In this document: positions 47,505-56,992 of the stretch, one piece after another | Layout of the letters: the number at the start of each line of letters is the position of its first letter | Numbering within the stretch: position 1 is the first letter of the stretch | Source: Dehalococcoidia bacterium | GTDB lineage: Bacteria; Chloroflexota; Dehalococcoidia; Lucifugimonadales; SAR202-VII-2 | Direction of reading: 5' to 3' | DNA length: 64,000 bases | Assembly (NCBI GenBank): GCA_965263165.1 | Contig: OZ253584.1 | Coordinates: forward strand, 1,138,401 to 1,202,400 | Notes under the pieces: model-generated | Databases searched by the model: none | Seen by the model: the letters and a program-made list of their open reading frames with translations, nothing else | What the model was told of the DNA's origin: nothing | Position numbers and translations under genes: made by a program

Positions 47505-50500
47505 CTAGGCCGGCTCCTCCAACCATACCGACCCTGCGCCGAGCACCTGCTCTATGTTCTGGCACAACTCATCGGTATAGGCGGTGAAGACGTGCGCCAT
47601 CTCCACGAGGACGTTCCTGCCCGGCTCCGCTATTTCAAGGCGAACGGGGTCGGAGCCCTCTGAAAGGAGGATGGCCTGAAGGACAGTCTGGAAGACCTGG
47701 AGATCCTGTTCGGGGTCGGTCGATTCCTGCAGCCGCACGGTTACCCATCGGTTCGACGTCTTACCGCCATTGCCATTGGCGTGACCCCCGTTGCCATTGC
47801 CCTTTGAGGGGCTATCCGATGCCTGTCCGGGCGCGTCCGTAGACGCCACTGTCTTTGGCTGGGGACGTTCCGCGGGGGGCGCTGGCGCCGGCTGGCGTGG
47901 GGCTTCGGCCGGGTCGTCGTCCAGGGTGAACTCGCGGGCCTCGTGGCAAGAGATTGAGATCTCATCGTCACGAGTTTTAACCGTGCCGACGACGGAGACG
48001 CAGGCGCCCTCATGCCACAGTCCCTGGGTTCGCTCGTAGACATCGGCCCAGACCATGAGCACCAAGCCTCCGTCGAGGAACTCAAGCTGGACAGCCAGGA
48101 AGGGTCTTGCCTCCTTGGTCGTCAACCGGCGGACGGACGATACCTGTGCAACAAGGGTTACCTTTTCCCCCACCATGTCGGAATCTAAGTCGCCGCAGGC
48201 GAAAATGGCAGTGGATTTGCGGCTGGCGGCGATGAGGGGGTTTTCGGACAGATGGACACCAAGGAGTTCCTTCTCCCAGGCTAGTTTCTCCCTGGGCGGC
48301 ACAGCGGCTTCCTCCATCTCCAACGCTGCGAGGGGGGTCGGCGCCGACTCGCCGAAGAGGTCGAACATGGTGGTCTGTCCGGAATCCCGGAGCCGGGCGC
48401 CTTCCTGGGCCAGAGAGGCGATGCGGTTGACGTTGGCCGCCATTGTACCCCGGTCATGGCCGAGGGAGTCCAGGGCGCCAACCTTGATCAGGCTCTCCAG
48501 GGTGCGTTTGTTGATGCCCTGCAGGTCTGAACGCCGGCAGAAGTCTTCCAGATTATCGAAGGGGCCGCCCGCGGCTCTGGCCTCGAGCAGGGGGGCGACG
48601 GCGGATGCGCCGACGTTTTTTATGGCGGCCAGACCAAACCGGATGCCTCGTTCTCCTTCGCTGTTCTTCTGTACGGTGAAGTCGCTGCCGCTGAGATTGA
48701 TATCAGGCCCCATGATCGGGATCTTCAGGCGGAGACACTCGGCGATAGCTGCCGCGGCCTTGTCGGTGTTGCCCAAGTGGGCAGTGAGCATGGCCGTCAT
48801 GTACTCGACGTTGTAGGTGGCCTTGAAATAGGCGGTCCAGTAGGCAATCAGGGCGTAGCTCACCGCATGGGCCTTGTTGAAGGCGTACCCGGCGAAGGGT
48901 TCAATGAGGCCAAAGACGTCTACGGCATCCCGCTCGGAGTAGCCCTTTGCCAATGCGCCGTCCAGGAATTTCTGCCGCTCTTGGCGCATGAGGTCTGCGT
49001 TCTTCTTGCCCATGGCCTTGCGGACGATGTCCGCCCCACCAAGGGAGTAGCCGGCGAAAGTCTGGAGAATGAGGAGGACCTGGTCCTGGTAGACGATGAC
49101 GCCGTGGGTCTCTTCGAGGATCGCGGCGAGGTCGGGATGGGGATACTGGACGGCGTCGAGGCCCTTGCTGGCCCTGATGTAGGTCTCGATGTGCTCCATG
49201 GGGCCGGGCCGGTAGAGGGCTATCATGGCGGCGAGATCCCTCACCGAAGCCGGCTTGAGGTCCTTGATGTACCTGCGTATCCCCGACCCTTCCAGTTGGA
49301 AGACGCCGGTGGTCTCGGCGGCACCCAAAAGATCGAAGGTTGCCTTGTCGTCCAGGGGAATTTCGCGGAGGTCGATGCGGCGGCCCGTCGAGCTCTCGAT
49401 CAACTGGAGGGTTTTGGCGACGATGGTGAGGTTGGTCAACCCGAGGAAGTCCATCTTGAGCAGGCCAAGCTTGGCGATGGGCCCCATCGAGAACTGGGTC
49501 ATGGCAATGCCTTCATTCTCAGCGCGGACGGGCCTCTGCAAGGGGACGTAGGTTGTGAGCGGCGCTTCGGAGATGACGACCCCGGCGGCGTGTGTCGACA
49601 CGTGCCGGGTGATGCCCTCCATCTGCTGGGCCGTGTCGATCAGGTTGCGCAGGACGGTATCTTGCTCGTAAACGTCCTTGAACTCGGGGATGCGCGCCAG
49701 GGCCTCTTCGATGGACCAGGCCTTGATTTCGGCCTGCTCCGTCTTGAGGTAGGTGGTTGGAATGAGCCGGGCGACGCGGTCCACGTCTGCATAGGTCATG
49801 GCGAGGGCGCGTCCCACGTCCCGGAGGGCAGCCTTGGCGCCGAGGGTGCCGAATGTGATGATCTGGGCCACGTGGTCCTTGCCGTATTTTCCGACGACGT
49901 ACTCAATGACCTCATCCCGGCGGTCGTCCTGGAAGTCCATGTCGATGTCGGGCATTTCCCGGCGCTCTCTGTTGAGGAAACGCTCAAAAACCAACCGGTA
50001 TTCCAGCGGGTAGATGTCGGTGATTTCCAGGCAGTACAAGACCAATGAGGCGGCTGCCGAACCGCGCACCCCCATCAGGATGCCCGTGCGCCGAGCGAAC
50101 GCGGCGATGTCCCAGACCACGAGGAAGTAGTTGGCAAGGCCAATCTCGCCTATGACGTCGAGCTCGTAGCGGAGCCGGTCGTTGTCCTCCTCAGTGGGTT
50201 CCTTGCGCCGAGCCCGGAGGCCGTCCCAGCACAGTTTCTCCAGGTAATCGTGGGAGGTGAAGGATTCCGGGGCCGGGTACTGGGGCATGTGCAGGGTGGA
50301 GAAATCCATGTCCACGTAGCAGGAGTCGGCGATGCGCTGCGTGTTCTCGAGGGCCTCGGGGAGGTGGCGGAACAGCGCCTCCATTTCCTCGTGCGGCCGG
50401 AGGTAGTAGGAATCGTCCGACATTTTGAGGCGCTTGTCGTCCTCGATTGTCGTGTTGGTCTGAACGCAGATGAGGATGTCCTGGAGGTGGGCGTCAGCCT

Positions 50501-51125
50501 TGTCGACGTAGTGGCAGTCGTTGGTGGCGGCGAGCGGAATGTTGAGGTCCTTGGCGAGGTCGAGGAGGCGCCGGTTCAGGTTCTCGAGGAAGGGAAGGTC
50601 TTCGTGCTGTTGGATCTCGATGTAGAAGTCCGGGAAGGCGTCGCGGAACCACAGGGCGGCTTCCCACGCCTCTTCCAGGCGCTCCTCGATGATGAGCTTT
50701 GGGATCTCTGCGGATGGGCATCCGGACAGGACGACGAGGCCCTCGCCGTAGCGTTCCAGGAGCACGCGGTCTATGCGGGGCTTGTAGTAGAAGCCCTCGA
50801 GGTTGGCCTTGGTGATCAACTCGATCAGGTTGGAGTAGCCAACGTTGTTCTTGGCGAGGAGGGTGAGGTGGCGCGGGTTCTTTTCAGAGCTGTCGTGGAC
50901 GAGGCGGGACTTCTGGGCGACGTAGGCCTCGCAGCCGATGATGGGCTTGATGCCGGCGGCGAGGCACTCCTGGTAGAAATCAACGACGCCGTAGAGGCCG
51001 CCGTGGTCGGTGATGGCGAGGGAGTCCATGCCGAGGTCTTTGGCACGGGCGACCATGGCCTTGATGCGGCTGAGGCCGTCCAGCATGGAGTATTCGGTGT
51101 GGTTGTGAAGGTGGGTGAATGCCAT
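47505..51125 (-). CDS. dnaE: DNA polymerase III alpha subunit
   Basis: PHP HLHNHTEYS/TDH, RGSAA, PDIDMDF, KMDFLGL, YAFNKAH and OB-fold; no intein seen. Confidence 0.98.
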   Translation of the reverse strand: MAFTHLHNHTEYSMLDGLSRIKAMVARAKDLGMDSLAITDHGGLYGVVDFYQECLAAGIKPIIGCEAYVAQKSRLVHDSSEKNPRHLTLLAKNNVGYSNLIELITKANLEGFYYKPRIDRVLLERYGEGLVVLSGCPSAEIPKLIIEERLEEAWEAALWFRDAFPDFYIEIQQHEDLPFLENLNRRLLDLAKDLNIPLAATNDCHYVDKADAHLQDILICVQTNTTIEDDKRLKMSDDSYYLRPHEEMEALFRHLPEALENTQRIADSCYVDMDFSTLHMPQYPAPESFTSHDYLEKLCWDGLRARRKEPTEEDNDRLRYELDVIGEIGLANYFLVVWDIAAFARRTGILMGVRGSAAASLVLYCLEITDIYPLEYRLVFERFLNRERREMPDIDMDFQDDRRDEVIEYVVGKYGKDHVAQIITFGTLGAKAALRDVGRALAMTYADVDRVARLIPTTYLKTEQAEIKAWSIEEALARIPEFKDVYEQDTVLRNLIDTAQQMEGITRHVSTHAAGVVISEAPLTTYVPLQRPVRAENEGIAMTQFSMGPIAKLGLLKMDFLGLTNLTIVAKTLQLIESSTGRRIDLREIPLDDKATFDLLGAAETTGVFQLEGSGIRRYIKDLKPASVRDLAAMIALYRPGPMEHIETYIRASKGLDAVQYPHPDLAAILEETHGVIVYQDQVLLILQTFAGYSLGGADIVRKAMGKKNADLMRQERQKFLDGALAKGYSERDAVDVFGLIEPFAGYAFNKAHAVSYALIAYWTAYFKATYNVEYMTAMLTAHLGNTDKAAAAIAECLRLKIPIMGPDINLSGSDFTVQKNSEGERGIRFGLAAIKNVGASAVAPLLEARAAGGPFDNLEDFCRRSDLQGINKRTLESLIKVGALDSLGHDRGTMAANVNRIASLAQEGARLRDSGQTTMFDLFGESAPTPLAALEMEEAAVPPREKLAWEKELLGVHLSENPLIAASRKSTAIFACGDLDSDMVGEKVTLVAQVSSVRRLTTKEARPFLAVQLEFLDGGLVLMVWADVYERTQGLWHEGACVSVVGTVKTRDDEISISCHEAREFTLDDDPAEAPRQPAPAPPAERPQPKTVASTDAPGQASDSPSKGNGNGGHANGNGGKTSNRWVTVRLQESTDPEQDLQVFQTVLQAILLSEGSDPVRLEIAEPGRNVLVEMAHVFTAYTDELCQNIEQVLGAGSVWLEEPA

Positions 51126-51362
51126 CGTTCCTGGTGAGGGGGGCGCTTACGACTTACTACGATATGTAGATACTGCAGCGTTGCATTCCACAACATGCAG
51201 CCCAATGGAGAACAGCGCTACCCAGTATAGCAACCGCGAGGGGAGGGGAAACAAGTGGATTGGATGGATGTTTTCGCGCAGTTTGAGGGCCCGGCGGCCC
51301 GGTGGCCTCCGGCGCCAATCGGGGCCTTCCCAATCGACCCGCGCAGGTTGGCGCCCCGCAAA

Positions 51363-51391
51363 TTGACACCCCCGGCGTCCCCTGCTAGAGT
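51363..51391 (+). promoter_or_regulatory. Sigma70 promoter of etfBA
   Basis: TTGACA-17bp-TAGAGT with extended -10 TG. Confidence 0.75.
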
Positions 51392-51475
51392 ACGTGCGAC
51401 CCGGCGAAATCCGGCGCATCCCCTTCTATCAGCTACGCTAACCCCCTACCGGCCCTTGCGCTTCCAGGAGCCGCC

Positions 51476-52270
51476 ATGCCGTTGAATATCATTGTTGCCG
51501 CCAAGCAGGTGCTTGACCCGGAGATGCCAGCCTCGGCGTTCAGGGTCGACCGGGAAGCCAAGAGGGTAACACCGCCGCAAGGCATTCCGCCGGTGGTCAA
51601 TGGCTTCGACGAGAATGCCGTCGAGGCTGCCCTTCAGTTGCGGGAGAAAGAGGACGGCAGGGTTACGGTCGTGGCCATGGGGGCGGAGTTCGCCTTGGAC
51701 GTCATCAAGAAGCCGCTGTCCATGGGCGCAGACGAGCTGATCCTCCTGCAAGATCCAATGTTCGCCAATACCCCCGATAGCTTCTTCATCGCCACGGTGC
51801 TGGCGGCGGCTATTCAGAAGATCGGGGAGTACGACCTGATCATCTGCGGGCGTCAGGCTTCCGACTGGGACAGCGCCCAGGTCCCGCTTGGCATAGCTGA
51901 GATGCTGGGGCTGCCGGTGATCACCCTGGGCCGCAGGGTCGAGGTGGGCGACGGCAAGGTGTCGGTGCAGCGGGTGCTGACGGACGGGTACGAGGTCATG
52001 GAGGCTCCGCTGCCTGCCGTGGTGACGGTGTCCAACGAGCTTGGCGAGCCCCGCTACCCGACGCTGCGGGGCATCATGGCCGCCACTCGGAAGATGCCCA
52101 CGACCTGGACTGCCGCAGACCTGGGGGTGGCGCCCCCTGCGCCGCAGCTCGAGCTGTCGGACCTTTTCACGCCTGAGCGGGACCGCAGCTGCGAGTTCGT
52201 GGAGGGCGGCGACGAGGCGGCTGTCGGGCGCAACCTGGCCCTGAAGCTGCGAGAAGCCAAGCTCATTTAG
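51476..52270 (+). CDS. etfB: Electron transfer flavoprotein beta subunit
   Basis: KQVLDPE, NGFDENAVEAA, CGRQASDWD and PRYPTLRGIM motifs. Confidence 0.96.
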   Translation: MPLNIIVAAKQVLDPEMPASAFRVDREAKRVTPPQGIPPVVNGFDENAVEAALQLREKEDGRVTVVAMGAEFALDVIKKPLSMGADELILLQDPMFANTPDSFFIATVLAAAIQKIGEYDLIICGRQASDWDSAQVPLGIAEMLGLPVITLGRRVEVGDGKVSVQRVLTDGYEVMEAPLPAVVTVSNELGEPRYPTLRGIMAATRKMPTTWTAADLGVAPPAPQLELSDLFTPERDRSCEFVEGGDEAAVGRNLALKLREAKLI

Positions 52271-52297
52271 CCACCACATCCAACCGGGAGAACGTCG

Positions 52298-53290
52298 ATG
52301 CCACCGGTACTGATCATTGGAGAGGTTACCGCAGAAGGCGAATCAGCCTCGATTACGGGTGAGCTGATCGCCGCGGCCCGCCCCCTTGCCGACGCCCTTG
52401 GCGCCGAGGTTGTGGCGGCGCTGCCAGGCGCGAGCTCCCGGCAGGCGGCGGCAACGGCCATCGCCCTTGGGGCGGACAGGGCCTACGCCGTTGAGGACCC
52501 GCTGCTGGACGACGTCAGCGCCTTCGATGCGCACGTGGCGGCGGCGCAGAGGGTCGTCGAGGAGGTGAGGCCGGGGGTGGTGTTGATGGGCAGGACGCTG
52601 ACAGGCCGCGACGTTGCTCCCCGGCTGGCCTTCCGTTTTGGGACGTGCTCGGCCAACGACTGCGTCGAGGTGAGACTGGACGACGATCAGCGTCTGGCGG
52701 CGCTGCGGCCGGTGTTCGGGGGGAGCGCGATGGCGTGGGTGCGGTGCCTTGGCGAGGTTGCCGTGGCCACCGTCCGCGCCAAGGTCTACGAGCCCCTGGA
52801 GGAGGACGCCTCGCGCCAGGGAGAGGTTGTCGTTTTGCAGCCCAGCCTGGACAGCGGCGTCGTCAGGAGCCGGCTGGTGGAGCGGGTCAAGGAAGAGCAG
52901 ACGGAGGGCATCCGGCTGGAGGACGCCCGCATCGTGGTGAGCGGAGGCCGCGGGCTTGGAGGGCCGGAGCCGTTTGCCCATCTCGAGGAGATGGCGCGGC
53001 TGCTGGGCGCGGCGGTGGGGGCGTCCCGGGCCGCATGCGACGCCGGTTGGGTTCCAGCTACGCTACAGGTGGGGCTCACGGGTAAGACGGTTGCCCCGGA
53101 CCTGTACATTACCGTCGGCATATCGGGGGCGAGCCAGCACATGGCTGGGTGCTCGGCGTCCAAGAACATCGTTTCGATCAACAAGGACGGCGACGCCAAC
53201 ATCTTCAAGGAAGCCCGCTTCGGCGCCGTGGGGGACTGGAAGAACATCGTTCCGGCCTTCATTGAGCAGTTGCGGGAGCTGGTGAAGTAG
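52298..53290 (+). CDS. etfA: Electron transfer flavoprotein alpha subunit
   Basis: VVSGGRG, GASRAA, QVGLTGK and GISGASQH motifs. Confidence 0.96.
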   Translation: MPPVLIIGEVTAEGESASITGELIAAARPLADALGAEVVAALPGASSRQAAATAIALGADRAYAVEDPLLDDVSAFDAHVAAAQRVVEEVRPGVVLMGRTLTGRDVAPRLAFRFGTCSANDCVEVRLDDDQRLAALRPVFGGSAMAWVRCLGEVAVATVRAKVYEPLEEDASRQGEVVVLQPSLDSGVVRSRLVERVKEEQTEGIRLEDARIVVSGGRGLGGPEPFAHLEEMARLLGAAVGASRAACDAGWVPATLQVGLTGKTVAPDLYITVGISGASQHMAGCSASKNIVSINKDGDANIFKEARFGAVGDWKNIVPAFIEQLRELVK

Positions 53291-53327
53291 GCGGGGCTCC
53301 GGCGCGCCTCGGGCGCCAGGTCTGGGA

Positions 53328-53380
53328 GGGGACGCTTCCTAACCTTCCCCCGGGCACAGGGGCAGGGACAGAAGAGTTCC
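53328..53380 (-). repeat. REP-like hairpin with tail
   Basis: Minus strand GTCCCTGCCCC-TGTGCCC-GGGGGAAGG-TTAGGAAGCGTCCCC. Confidence 0.7.
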
Positions 53381-53773
53381 CCCGGCCTCAGCCTCGTTCT
53401 TTGATTGTTTGTGACTCTTTGATTGTTTGTGCGCCTGCTATTTCTTCTCCCGTAGGCGTGGAGCCGTTACAAAGGCGTTACAAGCCGTTACAAAGCTGTT
53501 ACGAGTCGTTACGGAGCCGTTACCAGTCGTTACTAGTCGTTACGGAGCCGTTACCAATCCTGCGAGCCGTTACGGAGTTGGGCGGCTCTAAAGAGCCTGT
53601 GCCTTACAGCGGCATTCTCTTCGGTCCCAGCCATCCTCGGAGGGTCTTGCCCCTTGGGGTGTTCCCTCAGCGCCCCTGCCACAGGGGGACTCTCCATGGT
53701 GAGCCCCCAATACCTACGTTATGCGGCAGGCTCCGAGAAAGAGAAGCGGGCCTGGGCCCACTTCATTGGGGGC

Positions 53774-53802
53774 ACTATAGCACACCCGTTCGTATTTTGC
53801 AA
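53774..53802 (-). promoter_or_regulatory. Sigma70 promoter with LexA-like box (U3)
   Basis: TTGCAA aatacGAACgggtGTGC TATAGT. Confidence 0.65.
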
Positions 53803-54322
53803 TGGGGTGATGGCATAACCTGGGCGGATGGATTTGTTTTGGCTTGCGCCCTCCTTCGGCGGAGGGTCTGCTTTGGCCTACGCCGTTGTCCCACCTGCCC
53901 ACCCTCCAACGTTTTGGGGTACAGGGGGACTCCCCCTGTACCCCCGGCGGGGGCTGCGCCCCCTGCACCCTGCGCGGCGTCGGTCGCGAGCTTGCGTTGG
54001 CGCATCGGGACGCTTCCCAGCCTGCCCCCGGGTACGGGTACGGGGACAGTCTTTGATTGTATGTTGTTAAGTTTTTCAGCCGAATTTCGGGGTTTCAGGC
54101 ACGGAGCCGTCGTTTACCCGTCGTTTACCCGTCGTTAGCCGTCGCGCATCCGTCGCTGAGCCGGATGGCTCCAGGGAGCCTGTGCCATACAACGGCAGTC
54201 GGTCGGGTCCCAACCTTCCTCGGGTGGATGCGGGCCTGGGGAACGTTCCCAGACCCTCCTGCCCAGGGGGTCTCGCTATGGATTCCCCCAGTCCACCTGT
54301 ATGCGGCAGGGTTTATAGGGAT

Positions 54323-54351
54323 ACTCTAGCACAATCGTTCGTATTTTGCAA
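54323..54351 (-). promoter_or_regulatory. Sigma70 promoter with LexA-like box (U4)
   Basis: TTGCAA aatacGAACgattGTGC TAGAGT. Confidence 0.65.
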
Positions 54352-55093
54352 TAGGGGGTGGCGCTTCCTGGACGGAGGGGCTTGTTGCGGCCAGCGCCCT
54401 GGTTCAACGGAGGGTCTGGCTTGGCCTGCGCCGCTATCCCGCCCGCTCCGCCCTCCGGCGTTTTTAGAAACAGGGGAACTCCCCCTGTACCCCCAGCGGG
54501 GGCTGCGCCCCCTGCACCCCGCTTGGGGAACGGAGGTGAGGCGTAGCCAGGGGAAGAGGGATAGGGACCGTTGCGAAGCGCGATCTAGCGCGGTCACAGC
54601 GCGGTGATAGCCCAGTCAAGCGCGGTCATAGCCCCGACAGAACGGAGGTGAGGCGTTACCGTTGCGAAGCCGAGGTGTGATGCGGTGATAGCCCAGTCAA
54701 GCGCGGTCATAGCCCCGACAGCCGTTAGGCCGAGGTGTGATGGATTGTTCCCCGCCCGCGCCGCCCTCCGACGTTTCTCAGAACAGGGGCAGCCCCTGTA
54801 ACCGGCCGCCAAACGCCCACGGTAAGTGTAGTACACTCAGGGGGCTGGTCAATCTGGCAACAGGGACAACCTGCAACGCTGACCTCGTGTTCAATGAAGC
54901 GCGTTCGGCTGACCCCGTGCACATCGAGCTGGCCGGACGAATCATGCAAGACCTGCTCGGCCTTCGTGAAGATGCCGTGTCCGCCGTGGGCAGGCTACGG
55001 ATACTGTGCTGGCCAGCGACCCGCCTGTTCATGGGTCCAAAGAGTCAGCGTAAGTGGCTTAAGATGCCAAGCAGATAGTTGAGGCGTGAGTGA

Positions 55094-55858
55094 ATGGCTG
55101 TGGGTAACACGCTTGCAGGAGGCATTGGAAGAACCCCCAGTACTGAGTACGCTCTGATGGAGAGCTTCGAGCTGACTCTTCATAGCAATATACGCTCCCG
55201 TCGGTCACCTAGCCAGATACGCCTGCACGAACTTGACGGTCTCCAAGGGCGGGCTGATTTGGTGGACGCTCACATCCATGCGTTGCCCAGTGCCGTGAGC
55301 CTTGACGTGCTGGCAGCTTCTCTGATGTCACCTGCGAAAGCTCGGTTACTCGCTCTTCTAAGGTACGGCGCCCCTCGGAGCAGGGGCTACCTTGCGAGAG
55401 GTACGGGCTTCTCGAGTCGTTCTCTGGGAGACCACATCCGACACCTGGAGAGAGTAGGGCTTGCCAATGTTCACAAGAGTACGGCCGTTTCGCTGGGTTG
55501 CCCGTTGCCATGGTCGATGGTTGATATCACAGCTTACGAGGGCAAGCTTTCAAATTGGCGCCGGGCGTTGCACCAGGCAGTAGGCTACCGCTCTTTCTCC
55601 CGGTCCGTGTGGGTAGTCATGCCAGCGTCTGGAGCCCAGCATGCCAAGAAGCTCGCAACGGTCTTCCACATCAATGGAATCGGATTAATAGCAATTGCCG
55701 GCGACGGCAGCGCGCACGTTGAAATCAGAAGTAGGAAACGCCGTCCAGCAAGCCGCAGGCTTTACTTGATGGCAGTTGGGGTTATCCTAACCAAATTTAT
55801 AGAGGAAAGGAGGCGTTTACACCGCCGCATTAGACCTGAAACGATTCAGCGCATCTAG
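55094..55858 (+). CDS. PD-(D/E)XK nuclease-fold protein with inserted winged helix
   Basis: HE...GRADLV...[HTH: RGYLARGTGFSSRSLGDHIRHLERVG]...EGK...QAVGY (QxxxY)...GIGLI. Confidence 0.7.
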   Translation: MAVGNTLAGGIGRTPSTEYALMESFELTLHSNIRSRRSPSQIRLHELDGLQGRADLVDAHIHALPSAVSLDVLAASLMSPAKARLLALLRYGAPRSRGYLARGTGFSSRSLGDHIRHLERVGLANVHKSTAVSLGCPLPWSMVDITAYEGKLSNWRRALHQAVGYRSFSRSVWVVMPASGAQHAKKLATVFHINGIGLIAIAGDGSAHVEIRSRKRRPASRRLYLMAVGVILTKFIEERRRLHRRIRPETIQRI

Positions 55859-56992
55859 CCATTGATCTAAGTGAGTTGGGCCTGTGTCAGTCGTGAACGG
55901 CACCAGGGTTCCCGCTTGTGCGTAGACCGCGAGTGCTTGGGCAATCAAGTTGTGGGCCGAATCTAAACGATGGCTAACCGTGCCACCTGAGAGCGACCGC
56001 AATATATCAGCCAGCACAAGCCAGTGTTGGAGCGCGGCATCCTCGGCTGGCCATAAGACGTTCTCTGGGTTGGTATTCCCATTGAATCGGGCGTCGAACG
56101 GCGTAGCAGAGAGCACATCGGCCACGCGACCCCCATTGTAAATTCCATCGAGCTCGGTCATGTAGATGCTGTTTAGCAGCGGCGAGGACGAATAGCGAGG
56201 TCGTGGCTGCCTACCCCCAGGCACTGGTTGGAATCGGCGCCAGTTGAACTGGCGCAAGCTGGCAAACCAACCGGCTCCAGTCGCAGTGACACCTACGGCA
56301 TGCAATAACAGCGTGACCACATCGGTGTATCCAACCAAGAGGCGGTATTGGTTCAACTCCGCAAGCGAATAGCAGACGCGTAGCAGCGAGGCAAGCACCT
56401 CCGGTTCGTAGTGCTGGCGGTAAGTTTCTGACGTGCGCCGGACAATCAAATAGAAGCCGGCGACATCCAACTGAGTGAGGCTATCTAACCAGTCGTCCAC
56501 TGGTACCCGCTGCAGTAGCGCATCCTCCCCGACCGCAAGGCTTATCAACAATGGCTTATTACCATTGTGCTGAGCAACGGTCTCCTGTGCGAGCATCATG
56601 GCGATCTGAGCCCACTGGCTACTGAGGTCATCAACCATCACAGTGGGGGACACGACTGCTGAAACGTCCAGTCCATTCTGCCAATTCAGAGCAGCACTCA
56701 CGAAAGTTCGTATTTCTGCCGGACTAAAGGTGCTCGGCGTTAAGTGCTGCCTGTAGTGATCGTAGTACAGAAGCTTGCCGTCGCGGACTGGCCAAATGGT
56801 TCCGGCGTAGAGTTGGGGGTCTACTAGCCGTTCAGAGTGTGGGAAGTTAGCTTGAGTCGCCGACAGGAATGAAGCAAGGTTATCTGGCAACTCGTCTCGA
56901 GGGCTCATGATTACGCCTTGAATGGAGTGGTTCGCAATTCCTTGCTCGATCTTATTCGTCTTACCCCAACCATGCTGTGCTAGAATCGTCAT
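55817..56992 (-). CDS. Uncharacterised protein, probable TIM barrel (beta-protein/TGT-like)
   Basis: Alternating beta/alpha pattern with QHG, SP, DPQLY, GFY, VGY, GAGWF..LRQF and GGRQPRPRY motifs; 4 bp overlap with the kinase. Confidence 0.55.
   Translation of the reverse strand: MTILAQHGWGKTNKIEQGIANHSIQGVIMSPRDELPDNLASFLSATQANFPHSERLVDPQLYAGTIWPVRDGKLLYYDHYRQHLTPSTFSPAEIRTFVSAALNWQNGLDVSAVVSPTVMVDDLSSQWAQIAMMLAQETVAQHNGNKPLLISLAVGEDALLQRVPVDDWLDSLTQLDVAGFYLIVRRTSETYRQHYEPEVLASLLRVCYSLAELNQYRLLVGYTDVVTLLLHAVGVTATGAGWFASLRQFNWRRFQPVPGGRQPRPRYSSSPLLNSIYMTELDGIYNGGRVADVLSATPFDARFNGNTNPENVLWPAEDAALQHWLVLADILRSLSGGTVSHRLDSAHNLIAQALAVYAQAGTLVPFTTDTGPTHLDQWLDALNRFRSNAAV

Larger units (their letters stand above)
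53395..54840 (-). repeat. Tandem block B: two cassette copies (U4, U3) plus an upstream partial copy, inverted relative to block A
   Basis: 53795-54352 is near-identical to the reverse complement of 17920-18509 apart from microrepeat number; U3 is a divergent homologue of U2. Confidence 0.9.

Noticed and set aside
47505-51125. Intein or split in dnaE
   Set aside because: Length and motif spacing are normal; only a Pro/Gly-rich linker near the C-terminus
53401-54138. 245 aa ORF through repeat block B, with a partial twin at 18168-18608
   Set aside because: Antisense to the cassette promoter, no RBS or domain; apparent heptads arise from the 21 bp repeat pairs
54601-54721. Two identical 40 bp repeats separated by 41 bp, superficially a mini-CRISPR
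   Set aside because: Only two copies, no palindrome, the spacer shares sequence with the flanks, no cas genes; better explained as duplication within the phased microrepeat region
54825-54837. Palindrome AGTGTAGTACACT at the left edge of the kinase-nuclease module, with CACTAGTG/TGTACA near 58012-58023 at the right edge
   Set aside because: Not a direct repeat pair, so not a supported att site; short palindromes can occur by chance
54860-55000. Protein-like stretch ADPVHIELAGRIMQDLLGLREDAV before the nuclease gene
   Set aside because: May be a gene remnant, but no start, RBS or family can be assigned
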